This document shows positions 37,991 to 49,100 of a stretch of 64,000 bases of DNA, piece by piece; the first letter of the stretch is position 1, and every line of letters starts with the position of its first letter. Made by a program: the position numbers and the translations under genes. The notes under the pieces were generated by a model. The model searched no databases, was not told the origin of the DNA, and saw nothing but the letters and a program-made list of their open reading frames with translations. This DNA comes from Caldisericia bacterium. GTDB taxonomy: Bacteria; Caldisericota; Caldisericia; JAAYUI01. The stretch spans positions 1,120,001-1,184,000 of the forward strand of contig OY771555.1 in NCBI GenBank assembly GCA_963674785.1, read 5' to 3'.

Positions 37991-39804
37991 AACCTAAATC
38001 TTCTGGAAACTACAGATCCTTCTTACCGATATTGGTAATCGTTATTGTTGGATTAATACTATATTTTACTTTTGCCGGCGAGCTTGGCAAACAAGGTGTT
38101 GAGACCCTTACATATGATCAATTTGTACAGGCAGTTGAAAATGATTATATCCTTGAGGTAACAATATCACCTATAACATACGAAGCAAAAGGTTTGATGA
38201 TAAAAGGTGGTGACAACGTTAACTTTGTTACCTCTGTTCCACCTGAGCTTGTTAAGGATATCACCGATTTGTTGCTTGAGAGAGAATCAATCGAAGTTAC
38301 ATTCGATGCGCCATCTGAAAACATATTTCTTGTTATCATTACAAATCTTGCACCATTTCTGCTAATCATATTCTTCTGGTTATTCATGATGAGAAGCATG
38401 CAGGGCGGCGGCGGTCAGGTCATGAATTTTGGAAAATCCAAAGCAAAGCTCTTCCTGGATGATAGACCAAGGATTTCCTTTAAAGATGTTGCTGGAGTTG
38501 AGGAAATAAAAGAAGAGCTTCAGGAGGTTATCGACTTCCTGAAAAAACCAAAGAAATTTAGAGCAATGGGTGCAAAAGTCCCGCGCGGAGTTCTTCTTGT
38601 TGGTCCTCCTGGCTGTGGAAAAACATATATCTCAAGGGCGGTTGCAGGTGAAGCAAAAGTCCCATTTTTTTCGGTTTCTGGTTCTGAGTTTGTTGAGATG
38701 TTTGTTGGTGTAGGTGCATCAAGAGTGCGAGATATGTTCAATCAGGCAAAAAAATATGCTCCAGCACTTATATTCATTGATGAAATAGATGCTGTTGGAA
38801 GACAGCGTGGTGCTGGTCTTGGTGGCGGACATGATGAAAGAGAACAGACATTAAACCAGCTTCTTGTTGAGATGGATGGGTTCGATCCAAACATCGGTGT
38901 TATTATTATCGCTGCCACAAACAGACCAGATATACTTGATTCAGCACTCCTTCGCCCTGGAAGATTTGACAGAAGAGTTACGGTTGATATGCCAACGCAG
39001 ATCGAGCGTGAAGCAATTCTAAGATACCACGGTCGAAATAAACCAATCGACAAAGAAATAGACGTAAAACAGGTTGCAGGAAGAACTGCAGGTTTTACGG
39101 GTGCAGACCTTGAAAATCTTCTTAACGAAGCTGCAATTATAGCAACACGCAGAGAAAAAAAATTCATTGAAAAAGATGACCTTGAAGAAGCTATCGACAG
39201 GGTTCTTGCTGGACCTCAGAAAAGATCAAGAGTTTTGGCGGCAGATGAGAAGAAAAAAGTTGCCTATCATGAAAGCGGACACGCCCTTGTAATGCACTAC
39301 CTTGGTCCAGAGCCAGTTCACAGGATTTCCATTGTTTCAAGAGGTCAGGCACTTGGATATACAAGTCCGCTCCCTACTGAGGATAAGTACCTTAGAGCAG
39401 AAAGTGAATTGAGAAACACAATTGCTGGGCTTCTTGGTGGAACCGTCGCCGAAAGGCTTGTTTATGGTGAGGTTTCGACTGGAGCATCAAACGACATAAG
39501 CAGGGCAACCGAGATTGCAAAAAAAATGGTTCGAGAACTCGGAATGTCAAAAATGGGACCAATTGCTTATGGTGCCGCATCTACCCAGGTATTTTTGGGC
39601 AGGGATATGTCAGCAACACCTGATTATTCAGATGAAACAGGAAAACTGATTGATTCTGAAATTCAGGCAATTGTCCTCTCATCAATGAAGCTTGCAGAAG
39701 ATGTATTATCAAAACATCGAGACAAACTGGATAGGCTTGTTGAGGTGTTGATGGATGTTGAAACCATTGATGACATAGAGTTAAAGAGAGTATTAGAAGG
39801 CTAG
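37987..39804 (+). CDS. ftsH: ATP-dependent zinc metalloprotease FtsH
   Basis: Two TM helices, [30 protein letters not shown]. Confidence 0.97.
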   Translation: MKPKSSGNYRSFLPILVIVIVGLILYFTFAGELGKQGVETLTYDQFVQAVENDYILEVTISPITYEAKGLMIKGGDNVNFVTSVPPELVKDITDLLLERESIEVTFDAPSENIFLVIITNLAPFLLIIFFWLFMMRSMQGGGGQVMNFGKSKAKLFLDDRPRISFKDVAGVEEIKEELQEVIDFLKKPKKFRAMGAKVPRGVLLVGPPGCGKTYISRAVAGEAKVPFFSVSGSEFVEMFVGVGASRVRDMFNQAKKYAPALIFIDEIDAVGRQRGAGLGGGHDEREQTLNQLLVEMDGFDPNIGVIIIAATNRPDILDSALLRPGRFDRRVTVDMPTQIEREAILRYHGRNKPIDKEIDVKQVAGRTAGFTGADLENLLNEAAIIATRREKKFIEKDDLEEAIDRVLAGPQKRSRVLAADEKKKVAYHESGHALVMHYLGPEPVHRISIVSRGQALGYTSPLPTEDKYLRAESELRNTIAGLLGGTVAERLVYGEVSTGASNDISRATEIAKKMVRELGMSKMGPIAYGAASTQVFLGRDMSATPDYSDETGKLIDSEIQAIVLSSMKLAEDVLSKHRDKLDRLVEVLMDVETIDDIELKRVLEG

Positions 39805-39812
39805 CTGTTAAT

Positions 39813-40607
39813 ATGAGTTGGTTTTACTGGGATACTGGGGTCAATGATGGTGTTACAAATATGTCAATTGATGAGGCTACACTTGAGTATGCCCCTTCTG
39901 GCTCAGTTGTTTTAAGAACATATACTTGGGATCCTGGATGTCTATCACTTGGTTGTTTCCAAAAATATTCAGATATTAACCTAGAGAAACTTTCTTCGTA
40001 TGGTTTTGATGCGGTAAGACGAGCAACCGGAGGTCGTGCAGTCCTTCATCATAAAGAATTGACATATTCTATTGTCATCACTTATCCTCACGAAATGCTG
40101 ACTAAGTCAATACTTGAATCGTATTATGATATGTGCAGGGCAATTGTAGATATGCTGAAAGATGTTGGTTTAGATGCAATTTTGAAGAGAAGTGACGATA
40201 ACTCTTTGTCTACGGCATCATGCTTTACTGCTCCAACATTTGGTGACATTGAGGTTTCTGGGAAAAAGATAGTTGGATCAGCTCAAATGAGAACTGATAG
40301 AGGGCTTCTTCAGCATGGCTCTATTATCAATTCGCTTGATCGATCTGCATTGTTTGATATTTTGACTGACTCACAAGAAAAGTCTGAGAAACTCAATAGG
40401 CTTTCAAGAAACAAGATGACTTCAATTGAGGATGAGCTTGGAAGACCAGAAGAGATTAATGTTCTAAGCTCAAAGTTGTTGAATAGTTTCAAAAAGGTCT
40501 ATAATATTGAGGCAAGAAAATATGAACCATCGGGAGAGTTTTGGAATACTGTAGAAGAGTTAAAACTCAACAAATATGGTTCAAAAGAGTGGACTGAAAA
40601 GAGGTAG
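39813..40607 (+). CDS. Lipoate-protein ligase / octanoyltransferase (LipM/LplA family)
   Basis: RRATGGRAVLH, KKIVGSAQ, LQHGS. Confidence 0.88.
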   Translation: MSWFYWDTGVNDGVTNMSIDEATLEYAPSGSVVLRTYTWDPGCLSLGCFQKYSDINLEKLSSYGFDAVRRATGGRAVLHHKELTYSIVITYPHEMLTKSILESYYDMCRAIVDMLKDVGLDAILKRSDDNSLSTASCFTAPTFGDIEVSGKKIVGSAQMRTDRGLLQHGSIINSLDRSALFDILTDSQEKSEKLNRLSRNKMTSIEDELGRPEEINVLSSKLLNSFKKVYNIEARKYEPSGEFWNTVEELKLNKYGSKEWTEKR

Positions 40608-40610
40608 GAA

Positions 40611-42866
40611 ATGAATAAGAGAATTACGATCCTCCTGGTAGTGTTTTTGCTCGCGTCTATCGTTTTACCTGTTACTGCGTCAAACAATTACTTGACAGAT
40701 TGGGTATGTTTCCAGCGAGATGAATATAGAAGAGGACAAACAGATAACAGACAATATATAACAGCAGCACAAGAAGTTCAGTGGACTGCTGATATTGGTG
40801 GAACTCCCGCAAGAACGATCATCGTTGGTAAAAATATCGCTGTTGTTGGGACAACAGATGGAAAAGTATCAGGTTTTAATCTTTCATCAGGTGAGAGACT
40901 TTGGACAAACGATCTGAAGATAAATATTGCATCAGACTTAGCACTTTCAAACGAATTTGTTTGTGTTCCACTTGAAGGTGGAAAGGTTGTAGGTCTCGAT
41001 CTGTACACCGGCGGAGTTTTCTGGGAGATGAATGATGATGATTCTAGCGTCATTTCTCCACTGCCAACCTATAGTCAGTTTTTCACAGTGACTGAAGATG
41101 GAACCGTCAGATCTCTTCAGTCTGCAGATGGTAAAAGCTACTGGAAACATAATCTTGAAACAAAGGTTGTTGCTCCACCATCAATGCTAACAAGCGGAAT
41201 CACAAATGTTAGCCAGATGGTTATTCCTGTTGAGGGAAACAAGATTTTGATTTTCAATTATCAAGAACAAACAATAGATTGGGAATATTCTCTTGATGGT
41301 CCAAGCTCTCATCCAGTGATTCCAACCGGCGAAAGTTTAATTGTGACCGAGGATTCAGGAAGAGTCTTTTGTCTGGATTCCAGATCAAAACAGTTGTACT
41401 GGAATCATCAAATTGATGAGAATATTACAATTGAATCTACCCCAACAATATTTAACTCGTATGGGTTTTATGCATGTGCATCAACCGACGGTAAGGTTTA
41501 CGCTTACAGAATTGGTGACGGTTACAAATTATGGTTCACCGACACAAAAAGTAGCATCACTCAGCCTTTGATTGGTGTCGGTCAATCAGTAATAGTCTGC
41601 ACTGATGATGGGCATATCAAAGGGTTCCATGCACAAGATGGGTCATTGGTATTTGATGTATCACTTGAAGAGAAGATATCAAGCGCACCGAGTTTTTCAT
41701 CAGGTGTGATTGTTGTTGCAACAGAATCTGGAAAGCTATATGGAATAAGTGCAGTTGGTGGTGGTTCAAAGTTAAGCCTCGATCCAGAAATTGTCGTTAT
41801 AAACCCAGGTGGAGAGGTAGACGTAAAGATTAAGCTTGATGGTAGCGAAGAGATAGCAGAAGAGAAATTTTATCTTACACCAAGAGGATTCCCTTGCAGA
41901 TGCAAAATTACAAGGGATATCAAACCAGATAATATCATTAAGGTTAACGAGGAAAAAACTCTCCATTTAACGGCTGATGATAAGGCTCCATCATATGCCT
42001 ATGATTACAATATCCTCTGCAAATCATATAACCCATCAATTCCTGAAATGGTTGTAAACGGGGTGATACTTGTTGCTACGGAATCTTCAATGATGAAGGT
42101 TTTCATGAACCCAACGGTTGAAGACAAGATGCACAAAGTCGGGGTTGAGTTTGAAGGAGCCAGCTTCCTCAAATCATTCTGCTCAGTTATTAGCTATGAT
42201 CCAGAAGTACTTGAGCCAGTGTCTGTAACAAAAACAATGCCACTTGCAAAAAACCTTTATTGGGATTTCGGAACCCCTGGAAAAGCAAGAGTTTTTGTCT
42301 CCTTTACAGAAAGTGAACCATACAATGGTGACGGATCCCCATTTGAGGTTATGTTTAAAGGTATAGCCACCGGAACTGATACCCTAAAAATGGATATTTT
42401 TGCCCGATCTAATTCCGGAACAATTATTCCTGCAAGATCAGTCGAAGCTGAGGTAAATGTTGAAAAATCTACAACAAAACATGTTGTCTCACTCCAGATA
42501 AATAATCCAGTTGCAAAAATTGATGATACTGAGGTTACACTTGATGTTGCTCCATACATCAAGGCAGGAAGAACAATGGTTCCACTTAGATTTGTTGGTG
42601 AGGCGATGGGTGCAGGTGTAGAATGGATAGATTCTGAAAGAGCTGTTGTGTACACAAACACACTCGAAACAGGAGCACGCTCAATCAAGGTTTGGATTGG
42701 AAAAACAACAGCTTTGGTTGATGGAGCTGAGATGGAAATGGATGCCGCACCAGAAATTAATAATGGTAGAACTTGTGTTGGTGTATCGTTTGTTTCAAAG
42801 AACTTTGGTGTTGAAACTGGCTGGGACGGAACAACAAAAACAGTAACTTTAAGTTACGAAAACTAG
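40611..42866 (+). CDS. Secreted protein: PQQ-like propeller, cohesin-like domain and stalk domain
   Basis: Signal peptide, G...W repeats, ISYDPEVLE..FEVMFK, GRTMVPLRF. Confidence 0.75.
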   Translation: MNKRITILLVVFLLASIVLPVTASNNYLTDWVCFQRDEYRRGQTDNRQYITAAQEVQWTADIGGTPARTIIVGKNIAVVGTTDGKVSGFNLSSGERLWTNDLKINIASDLALSNEFVCVPLEGGKVVGLDLYTGGVFWEMNDDDSSVISPLPTYSQFFTVTEDGTVRSLQSADGKSYWKHNLETKVVAPPSMLTSGITNVSQMVIPVEGNKILIFNYQEQTIDWEYSLDGPSSHPVIPTGESLIVTEDSGRVFCLDSRSKQLYWNHQIDENITIESTPTIFNSYGFYACASTDGKVYAYRIGDGYKLWFTDTKSSITQPLIGVGQSVIVCTDDGHIKGFHAQDGSLVFDVSLEEKISSAPSFSSGVIVVATESGKLYGISAVGGGSKLSLDPEIVVINPGGEVDVKIKLDGSEEIAEEKFYLTPRGFPCRCKITRDIKPDNIIKVNEEKTLHLTADDKAPSYAYDYNILCKSYNPSIPEMVVNGVILVATESSMMKVFMNPTVEDKMHKVGVEFEGASFLKSFCSVISYDPEVLEPVSVTKTMPLAKNLYWDFGTPGKARVFVSFTESEPYNGDGSPFEVMFKGIATGTDTLKMDIFARSNSGTIIPARSVEAEVNVEKSTTKHVVSLQINNPVAKIDDTEVTLDVAPYIKAGRTMVPLRFVGEAMGAGVEWIDSERAVVYTNTLETGARSIKVWIGKTTALVDGAEMEMDAAPEINNGRTCVGVSFVSKNFGVETGWDGTTKTVTLSYEN

Positions 42867-42896
42867 TTTTATTATAAAACATTTCATAGGTAAATT

Positions 42897-42928
42897 AAAA
42901 TCCCCCTGAAAATCAGGGGGATTTTTTT
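42897..42928 (+). terminator. Intrinsic terminator
   Basis: AAAATCCCCCTGA-aaa-TCAGGGGGATTTT followed by a T run. Confidence 0.85.
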
Positions 42929-42988
42929 ATTGAACCAAATCAATCTTTATTGAGTAGTTTGAAATAGATGAAAAGTGGAGGAGCTCAC

Positions 42989-44272
42989 GTGAAAAGAGTG
43001 TCGTCGTTTTTTCTTGTTCTAGTAATGGTTTGTTTTGTCTTTAGTCCGTTCCCAATTGATGCGCATGATGGATATCTTCATGCAAAAGGGGAGATGATAA
43101 CAGTTTATGAATCCAATACTTCATGGGCTTTGAACCCAAGGATGAGTGGAGACAAGCTCTTTTTTATGGTGAGGATGAATAACAATGTAAGTAACAAAAA
43201 TCAGCAGTGTGTTGTTTATGACGCTGAAAACATGAGTTACACAATTATCCATAATACAGTTCCGAACACATCTATTAAAGGTGGTTATTCATGGAAAGCA
43301 TGTGCTCATGGTGATTATATGTTTTGGCAGTTATGGGAAACAGATCCTGAAACTGAGGAGCGGATTGTTCATGGAAACCTCACAAACCTAGAAACACTTG
43401 AAAATACCAGATTTGAAATTGCCGATCTTGATCCTAGAGTTGGGATAAATGATGACGGGCTTTATATTTTTGAGAGGAACGATGAGAGGAATTTCTCAAC
43501 TCTTTACAAATACTCTTTGGAAAATCCAAATTCGATGAAGAAAAAAATCTCAGCTCTGATAGATTATTCTAATCAAGATACTCCTCAGACATCAGGCAAC
43601 AGAGTTGCGTTTTCAAAAACAAATTCTGATAAATCAGTAGATATTTTTATCTACGACTCAAAAACTGAAAAGATAATTCAGGTAACGAATGAAGATAGAA
43701 AAACATATTCTGAACAATATTCACTTCAGGGAGACTATCTTTATTACTATAGTGGAGAAACTGAAATTACATGTTTCGAGATTAAGACAGGTAATTATAA
43801 AGTGGCATATTCATTCGAAAAGAAATCGAAACGTGATGAAGTCAGAATGCGTGCAAATCCTGGTTCAAACTATCTTTTATTGGATATTTCTGAGGGAACA
43901 GATGACCCGTTTGAAAACGCAAAATTTAAAAACTACCTCAGGCTTTACGACCCCAGGGATGAGTCAATATCAGGAATTCATATCTCAAATACATACGAAC
44001 CAATGGGTGTTTTTGGTGTAACGATGCCTTCCTGCAGGTTTTCGGATGGTTCAAAAGTAGTGTTTCAAAAACCTAATGATGAAAACTATTTCTATATATT
44101 TGATGGGGAAACTGGTCAAATTTCACGAATTGAAATAGGTTTAGAACTAAACTGGCATGTAGACGACTATTATCTTTATGGTAAAACTATCGTCTGGACA
44201 CAGAGATGCCACTATAAGAGAGCGGATGGAAGCAGCCCAAGGCAGCTCAAAGTGTTCAGGCTTGAGGAATGA
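42989..44272 (+). CDS. Secreted beta-propeller-like protein (tandem paralog 1)
   Basis: GGAGG plus GTG 42989, signal peptide, TolB-like P..SG.R.AF and IFIYD......QVT motifs. Confidence 0.6.
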   Translation: MKRVSSFFLVLVMVCFVFSPFPIDAHDGYLHAKGEMITVYESNTSWALNPRMSGDKLFFMVRMNNNVSNKNQQCVVYDAENMSYTIIHNTVPNTSIKGGYSWKACAHGDYMFWQLWETDPETEERIVHGNLTNLETLENTRFEIADLDPRVGINDDGLYIFERNDERNFSTLYKYSLENPNSMKKKISALIDYSNQDTPQTSGNRVAFSKTNSDKSVDIFIYDSKTEKIIQVTNEDRKTYSEQYSLQGDYLYYYSGETEITCFEIKTGNYKVAYSFEKKSKRDEVRMRANPGSNYLLLDISEGTDDPFENAKFKNYLRLYDPRDESISGIHISNTYEPMGVFGVTMPSCRFSDGSKVVFQKPNDENYFYIFDGETGQISRIEIGLELNWHVDDYYLYGKTIVWTQRCHYKRADGSSPRQLKVFRLEE

Positions 44273-44348
44273 TGGACGCTACAGTAAATGCCAGAGGTTC
44301 TGACGTTATATTTGCTGATAGAAAGGGTGAATTGGGGAGGAATAGGGT

Positions 44349-45620
44349 GTGAGAAATTTATCAATAGGTTTCATCGTTTTAGTTTTGGTTGTGTGTTTTG
44401 CTCTAAACCCATTCCCGATCGATGCTCAAAATGAGTATCCACATGCAAAAGGGGAGATGAGAACAATTTATGATTGTGAACACTCATGGGCTTTAAATCC
44501 AAGAATCAGTGGAGATAAGTTGTTTTTCATGACAAAAATGAATAATAATTTTGATCCAAGGATTTCAAATTGTTTCATATACGATATGGAAAACGAGGAA
44601 TATTCAATAATTCACAGCACTGAACCTGATACTTCTATTGCAGGAGGATATTCCTGGAAAGCATGTATAAATGAAGATTATGTTTTTTGGCAACTTTGGC
44701 ATCGAAACCCTGAAACAGACGAACGGACTGTTTATGGGAATCTGACTAATCTAGAAACGATGGAAAATGAAAGGTTTGAATTTCCCACGCTTGATCCTCG
44801 AATTGGTATTGGAAGCGACGGATTATATGTTTTCGACAGGAGCATTGAAAATGCTTATATAACACTCTTTGAATATGATTTAAGAAAACCCGGAGAAGAG
44901 AAGAAACGGATAGATAACGGGATCAACCACTTAAGTGCACAAACACCTGTGGCATCAGGAAGCAGAATTGCCTTTATTCGAGATGGCGAGGTTTATATTT
45001 ATGATTCTGAATCAGAAGAAACAATTCAAGTGACTGATGAGGATAATAGAAGTTACTTTTTTAAATATTCTTTGCAGGGAGATTATTTTTTCTATTTCTC
45101 AAGCGAGACAGAAGTATCGTGTTTTGATGTTATAACCAGAGAAAGAAAGGTTGTTTTTACTCATAAAAGAGAAAATGTAAGGGATGTTGTCAGACTGATT
45201 GTAAACCCAAACAGTGATTATTTGTTGTTGGATGTCACAAAAGCGAAGTCAGATATATGTGCTGATGGCAATTTCGAAAACTACTTGTTTCTCTATGATC
45301 CAATCAGGGACAAATCGAAGAAAATATTTGTCTCGGATACATATGAACTGATGGGGATTTATGGTTTGACTTCCACAAATAGAAGGTTGAGTGATGGAAA
45401 GAAGGTTGTCTATAAAAAACCTGGTGAGTATGGATGTATTTATGTTTATGATGGAGACAAAGATTCAATCTCACGAATTGATATAGATAGGAAATATAGA
45501 TGGCATATCGATGACTATAATATCTACGGAAATACAATTGTCTGGGCAGAACGTTTTCACGGGAAAAGACCTGATGGAAGCTACCCTCAAAGATTGAAGA
45601 TTTTTAGATTATCAGACTAA
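44349..45620 (+). CDS. Secreted beta-propeller-like protein (tandem paralog 2)
   Basis: Colinear with 42989-44272 (HAKGEM, WALNPR.SGDKLFF, GGYSWKAC, DGS.P..LK.FRL). Confidence 0.6.
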   Translation: MRNLSIGFIVLVLVVCFALNPFPIDAQNEYPHAKGEMRTIYDCEHSWALNPRISGDKLFFMTKMNNNFDPRISNCFIYDMENEEYSIIHSTEPDTSIAGGYSWKACINEDYVFWQLWHRNPETDERTVYGNLTNLETMENERFEFPTLDPRIGIGSDGLYVFDRSIENAYITLFEYDLRKPGEEKKRIDNGINHLSAQTPVASGSRIAFIRDGEVYIYDSESEETIQVTDEDNRSYFFKYSLQGDYFFYFSSETEVSCFDVITRERKVVFTHKRENVRDVVRLIVNPNSDYLLLDVTKAKSDICADGNFENYLFLYDPIRDKSKKIFVSDTYELMGIYGLTSTNRRLSDGKKVVYKKPGEYGCIYVYDGDKDSISRIDIDRKYRWHIDDYNIYGNTIVWAERFHGKRPDGSYPQRLKIFRLSD

Positions 45621-45623
45621 GCT

Positions 45624-45950
45624 TTAGTTCTTTACAGAATAAGAAGTATTACAAGGATAACGTTCCTGACGTCTTTTTCTGCTTGTTTCGATGGTCGAAG
45701 CTTTGGCGGGTTTTGCAAGACCTTTGCCACATATATAAACAGATCCAGTGTTTCCATATTTTTTGTTTGTAAGGTGGTCACATTCAGCGCAAAGAGTTAA
45801 ACTTACCTTATCAACATTAAATATGGATGACATTGTTGAGCTGTCTTTAATTTTCACCCTCCCTGTGAGTGAACCTATAATAACACTTGCAACAATGATT
45901 ATTATTACTGCTCCGCTTATGATTATTAACCATGTTGTGCTTGATAACAT
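45624..45950 (-). CDS. Small single-TM protein with four Cys (possible metal binding)
   Basis: N-terminal TM helix, CAEC, C, C. Upstream TTGAAA-N17-CATAAT. Confidence 0.55.
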   Translation of the reverse strand: MLSSTTWLIIISGAVIIIIVASVIIGSLTGRVKIKDSSTMSSIFNVDKVSLTLCAECDHLTNKKYGNTGSVYICGKGLAKPAKASTIETSRKRRQERYPCNTSYSVKN

Positions 45951-46055
45951 ATCATTATTATGAGTTAACTTATCTTCTTTTTCAACCTGCTTGATGTGGC
46001 ACTTTTTTTATTTTATAATGGACATCTGACATTTAAGAAATGGAAAGAGGTGTAT

Positions 46056-46724
46056 ATGAGTGGTAAACCGATAAGGAGTACACTCTCCAAGTGGATTTTT
46101 CTCCCATTTTTAATTATTTTAGTCGCTATGATGTTGTTTGGTATCTATGGCAAAAAACTTGTTGTTGCACCCGAACAGACGCAGGGAAAATACTCTGCAA
46201 CCGGTCAAATTTCAAATCTGGATACCGCTAATAAAACATTTACTCTCACGATCCCTGAAGATGCTGAAATTTCAGAAGGTGAACCCCTTGTTTGGGAAGT
46301 AGATTTTGAAAAAGCAAAAGAATTCCATGTGATTGTTGAAGAAGGGGTTGAAGCTCCTACCAAGGTCACTGACAGACATGAAATTGATGGTCTCGAATTC
46401 GAGCATGACAAAGTTATTCTCGAAGATGGAACATCAATGATGGAAGATGGAATGACAATGACCGTTGCCGGAAGCAAAAAGGCAAAAAAAGGAACAATGT
46501 CTGCATCAGTCCTTCATCTTGGTGGAATCTTTAACGAGCCAGAATATCACCAAAGACATGAACCAAGAGAGATTTACAAGACTGCAGTTATTTTATGTAT
46601 TGCCTGTGTTGGTCTTGGTGAATCAAACTTCTTCTGGTTTTATCTGATTCTTGGATCAATCGTTCTTGTTTTATTGCTGTGGTTAATGATGAGAATCATT
46701 CAGAAGAGAGGAGCATCAGCATGA
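46056..46724 (+). CDS. Membrane protein with an OB-like domain and a CD1871A-like CxxC motif
   Basis: TM helix, DUF5666-like segment, E..EIYKTAVILCIACVGLG, second TM helix. Confidence 0.55.
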   Translation: MSGKPIRSTLSKWIFLPFLIILVAMMLFGIYGKKLVVAPEQTQGKYSATGQISNLDTANKTFTLTIPEDAEISEGEPLVWEVDFEKAKEFHVIVEEGVEAPTKVTDRHEIDGLEFEHDKVILEDGTSMMEDGMTMTVAGSKKAKKGTMSASVLHLGGIFNEPEYHQRHEPREIYKTAVILCIACVGLGESNFFWFYLILGSIVLVLLLWLMMRIIQKRGASA

Positions 46725-48022
46725 CAGAAGAAGTAGCAAAAAAAGCACCAAAAAAGAAACGCAAACTTCCACCAGGTGAATTCAGAATCCAGGTAAGAAT
46801 CTGGGTTCAGTGGGCATTCTTTGCTCTTGCAACCGGTCCTCTTTTTATTATTGCTCCAGTTTTGAAACAGATTCCAGCCCCATGGTATATCTGCTGGTCT
46901 GACCCTCTTGCATCTGGTGCATGTTCCCTTGGAACAATTCAGCATTTCACAGGACATGGAGTTTTCACATGGTTTACCATTGGGTTCCTTGGAACAATCG
47001 GTATTTTAATCGGTCGCGCAACCTGTGGATGGGTCTGCCCGATGGGCTTTATGCAGGAAATGCTCTTTAAAGCAAAAAAATACGGTTCATATGTATTTGG
47101 TGGAATCATTTTTGTGACAACATGGTTCCTCGCCTGGTTTACACCATTCCTTGCGGTATATGGTGCAGGAAGAGTTGCAACTGAAAACACATATGGTCTT
47201 GGTATGATGCTTAAAACTGGCAATATGTCAGCCTTTATCATGTGGACAGTTATTTATCTTGTACTGTCTCTTATCCTCTCCCTTCCATTCTTTCTCTTCC
47301 ATAAAAAATTCACACTGCCAAACTCACTTGCCACATATCTCAGATGGTTCTTCTTCCTTGTACCATTTATTGGATTTGTAATTCTTACAAGATATAACTT
47401 CAATACTGGAACATGGGGAATTGGTGAGGTCTGGTGGTGTAAAATCTGTCCAATTGGCACAATCACCGCCGGATTCCCACAGATGTGGTTGCAGCTGATT
47501 CCAGAAACCGCATTCCCACTCTTTGGTCTTTCGTCAACTGCGTTTATCGGAGTTTCTTCTTATCAGGGAATCTTTGGTGAAGCTCAGCTTATGTATTTCT
47601 TCAAATGGGTTATGACATCTGGACTCATGTGGGTCATGATCAATTCAAAGAGATTCTTCTGTAAGGGTGTTTGCCCACTTGGAACAATCTTCAATGTTTT
47701 CAACTGGTTCTCAGCCAACCAGATTTCAGTTGACCAGGAGAATTGCCGCGGTGCATCTTGTAACTGGTGTTTGAATCATTGTCCGATGGATATTGCCATT
47801 TACGATCCAACGGCACAGTGGCATTGTATCAGATGTCTCGATTGCCTTGGATGTCCATTCGGTGTCGTTAAACATGAAGTTTCACCAATTATGAGTTGGC
47901 TTGTGAAACAACCACCCGAAAAGAAGATTCCACCTCTTAAAACTCCAAACCCACCAAACAATCCAACGTTCATGCAGTGGGCAGGATTTGTTGATTATAT
48001 CCCACCACAGGCAAGAAAATAG
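46721..48022 (+). CDS. Membrane 4Fe-4S-binding protein (NapH/MauN/YccM family)
   Basis: GRATCGWVCPMG, WCKICPIG, RFFCKGVCPLG, ferredoxin-like C-terminus. Confidence 0.85.
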   Translation: MTEEVAKKAPKKKRKLPPGEFRIQVRIWVQWAFFALATGPLFIIAPVLKQIPAPWYICWSDPLASGACSLGTIQHFTGHGVFTWFTIGFLGTIGILIGRATCGWVCPMGFMQEMLFKAKKYGSYVFGGIIFVTTWFLAWFTPFLAVYGAGRVATENTYGLGMMLKTGNMSAFIMWTVIYLVLSLILSLPFFLFHKKFTLPNSLATYLRWFFFLVPFIGFVILTRYNFNTGTWGIGEVWWCKICPIGTITAGFPQMWLQLIPETAFPLFGLSSTAFIGVSSYQGIFGEAQLMYFFKWVMTSGLMWVMINSKRFFCKGVCPLGTIFNVFNWFSANQISVDQENCRGASCNWCLNHCPMDIAIYDPTAQWHCIRCLDCLGCPFGVVKHEVSPIMSWLVKQPPEKKIPPLKTPNPPNNPTFMQWAGFVDYIPPQARK

Positions 48023-48043
48023 TTCGAGTTTTTCTATCATTTC

Positions 48044-48077
48044 AAGGGTAGACCTTTTTTGGTCTACCCTTTTTTTT
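48044..48077 (+). terminator. Intrinsic terminator
   Basis: AAGGGTAGACC-t6-GGTCTACCCTT followed by a T run. Confidence 0.85.
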
Positions 48078-48110
48078 ATTTTTTGCTAAAATTCCTATTC
48101 GGAGGAACAT

Positions 48111-49100
48111 ATGAAAAAAGGAACAATTCTTGTTCTTGCACTCTTTATGTTGATTTCTTTTGTATCTTGCGGAGAAAGTCCTGAGCTTGAAGAGTCGAGA
48201 TGTGGGAGACCAACAGATTTTGAGCTGAGTCTGGTCAAACCTTATATTCCACAAGGGTTTGAGTTACAAAACAGCAGACGAGTTGATCTTTCTAACCCAT
48301 ATATCTTTGTTTCATATTCAAACTCAGAAACTAGAAATATCGGAATTTCGGTTTTTGTCCTTCAGGGGAATCATATAAAGAAGTATTATCAGATGCCTCC
48401 AATCTTTGGGGAGGAGATTTATTTCGGGCTTTCAAGGGAAGAGGACTATTGGGGCAATGATGAAATAATTTACGGCTCATACGTTTGTCCTGTTGAGTTT
48501 TCTCTTGGTGGCAATATGTGGTCTAATAATTTTGTAAAAATACTCACAGTAAACGATTTAGAGCTCAAGGAAATAAACATTAGTCTTGAGCCATGGACGA
48601 TCATCATGGATATTATCGATGAAAAAGGTGAGAAGATAATAAGAGTACTAGATACAAGACTCGAATACTTCTCGGATATGATTCATGCTGCAGCACCCTC
48701 GAGGGTTTATTTTTATGCGCTCAGAGGTGATGAGTTTGTCGATGTAACCAGGGAACATATTGATTATGTTCGTGAAAGGGTACACAGCTCAATAATTCAA
48801 TACAAACAAAACAAGGGTGATGATAAAGCCCATTATCGAATCGGTTATGGGATTGAGGCGTATCTTTATGCGGAGGCTGGTGGAATCACAGATGAGTATA
48901 TCGGAGATATCCTGGATATGCTTGACCCCGTGGCTTTTGATGGGGATGATGCATCTCTTGCTGCTGAAGCCAGGAATCTTGTAAATATGGCATATGAACA
49001 GAAAAAGCCCATCATAAATCTTAGGGGTTTTAATGTGGATTTTGATGATGACAATAGATGGGGAGTTTTGAAATTCAATGAGTTTGAGGTAGCAAAATGA
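48111..49100 (+). CDS. Lipoprotein of unknown function (tandem paralog 1)
   Basis: GGAGG RBS and lipobox FVSC. Confidence 0.65.
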   Translation: MKKGTILVLALFMLISFVSCGESPELEESRCGRPTDFELSLVKPYIPQGFELQNSRRVDLSNPYIFVSYSNSETRNIGISVFVLQGNHIKKYYQMPPIFGEEIYFGLSREEDYWGNDEIIYGSYVCPVEFSLGGNMWSNNFVKILTVNDLELKEINISLEPWTIIMDIIDEKGEKIIRVLDTRLEYFSDMIHAAAPSRVYFYALRGDEFVDVTREHIDYVRERVHSSIIQYKQNKGDDKAHYRIGYGIEAYLYAEAGGITDEYIGDILDMLDPVAFDGDDASLAAEARNLVNMAYEQKKPIINLRGFNVDFDDDNRWGVLKFNEFEVAK

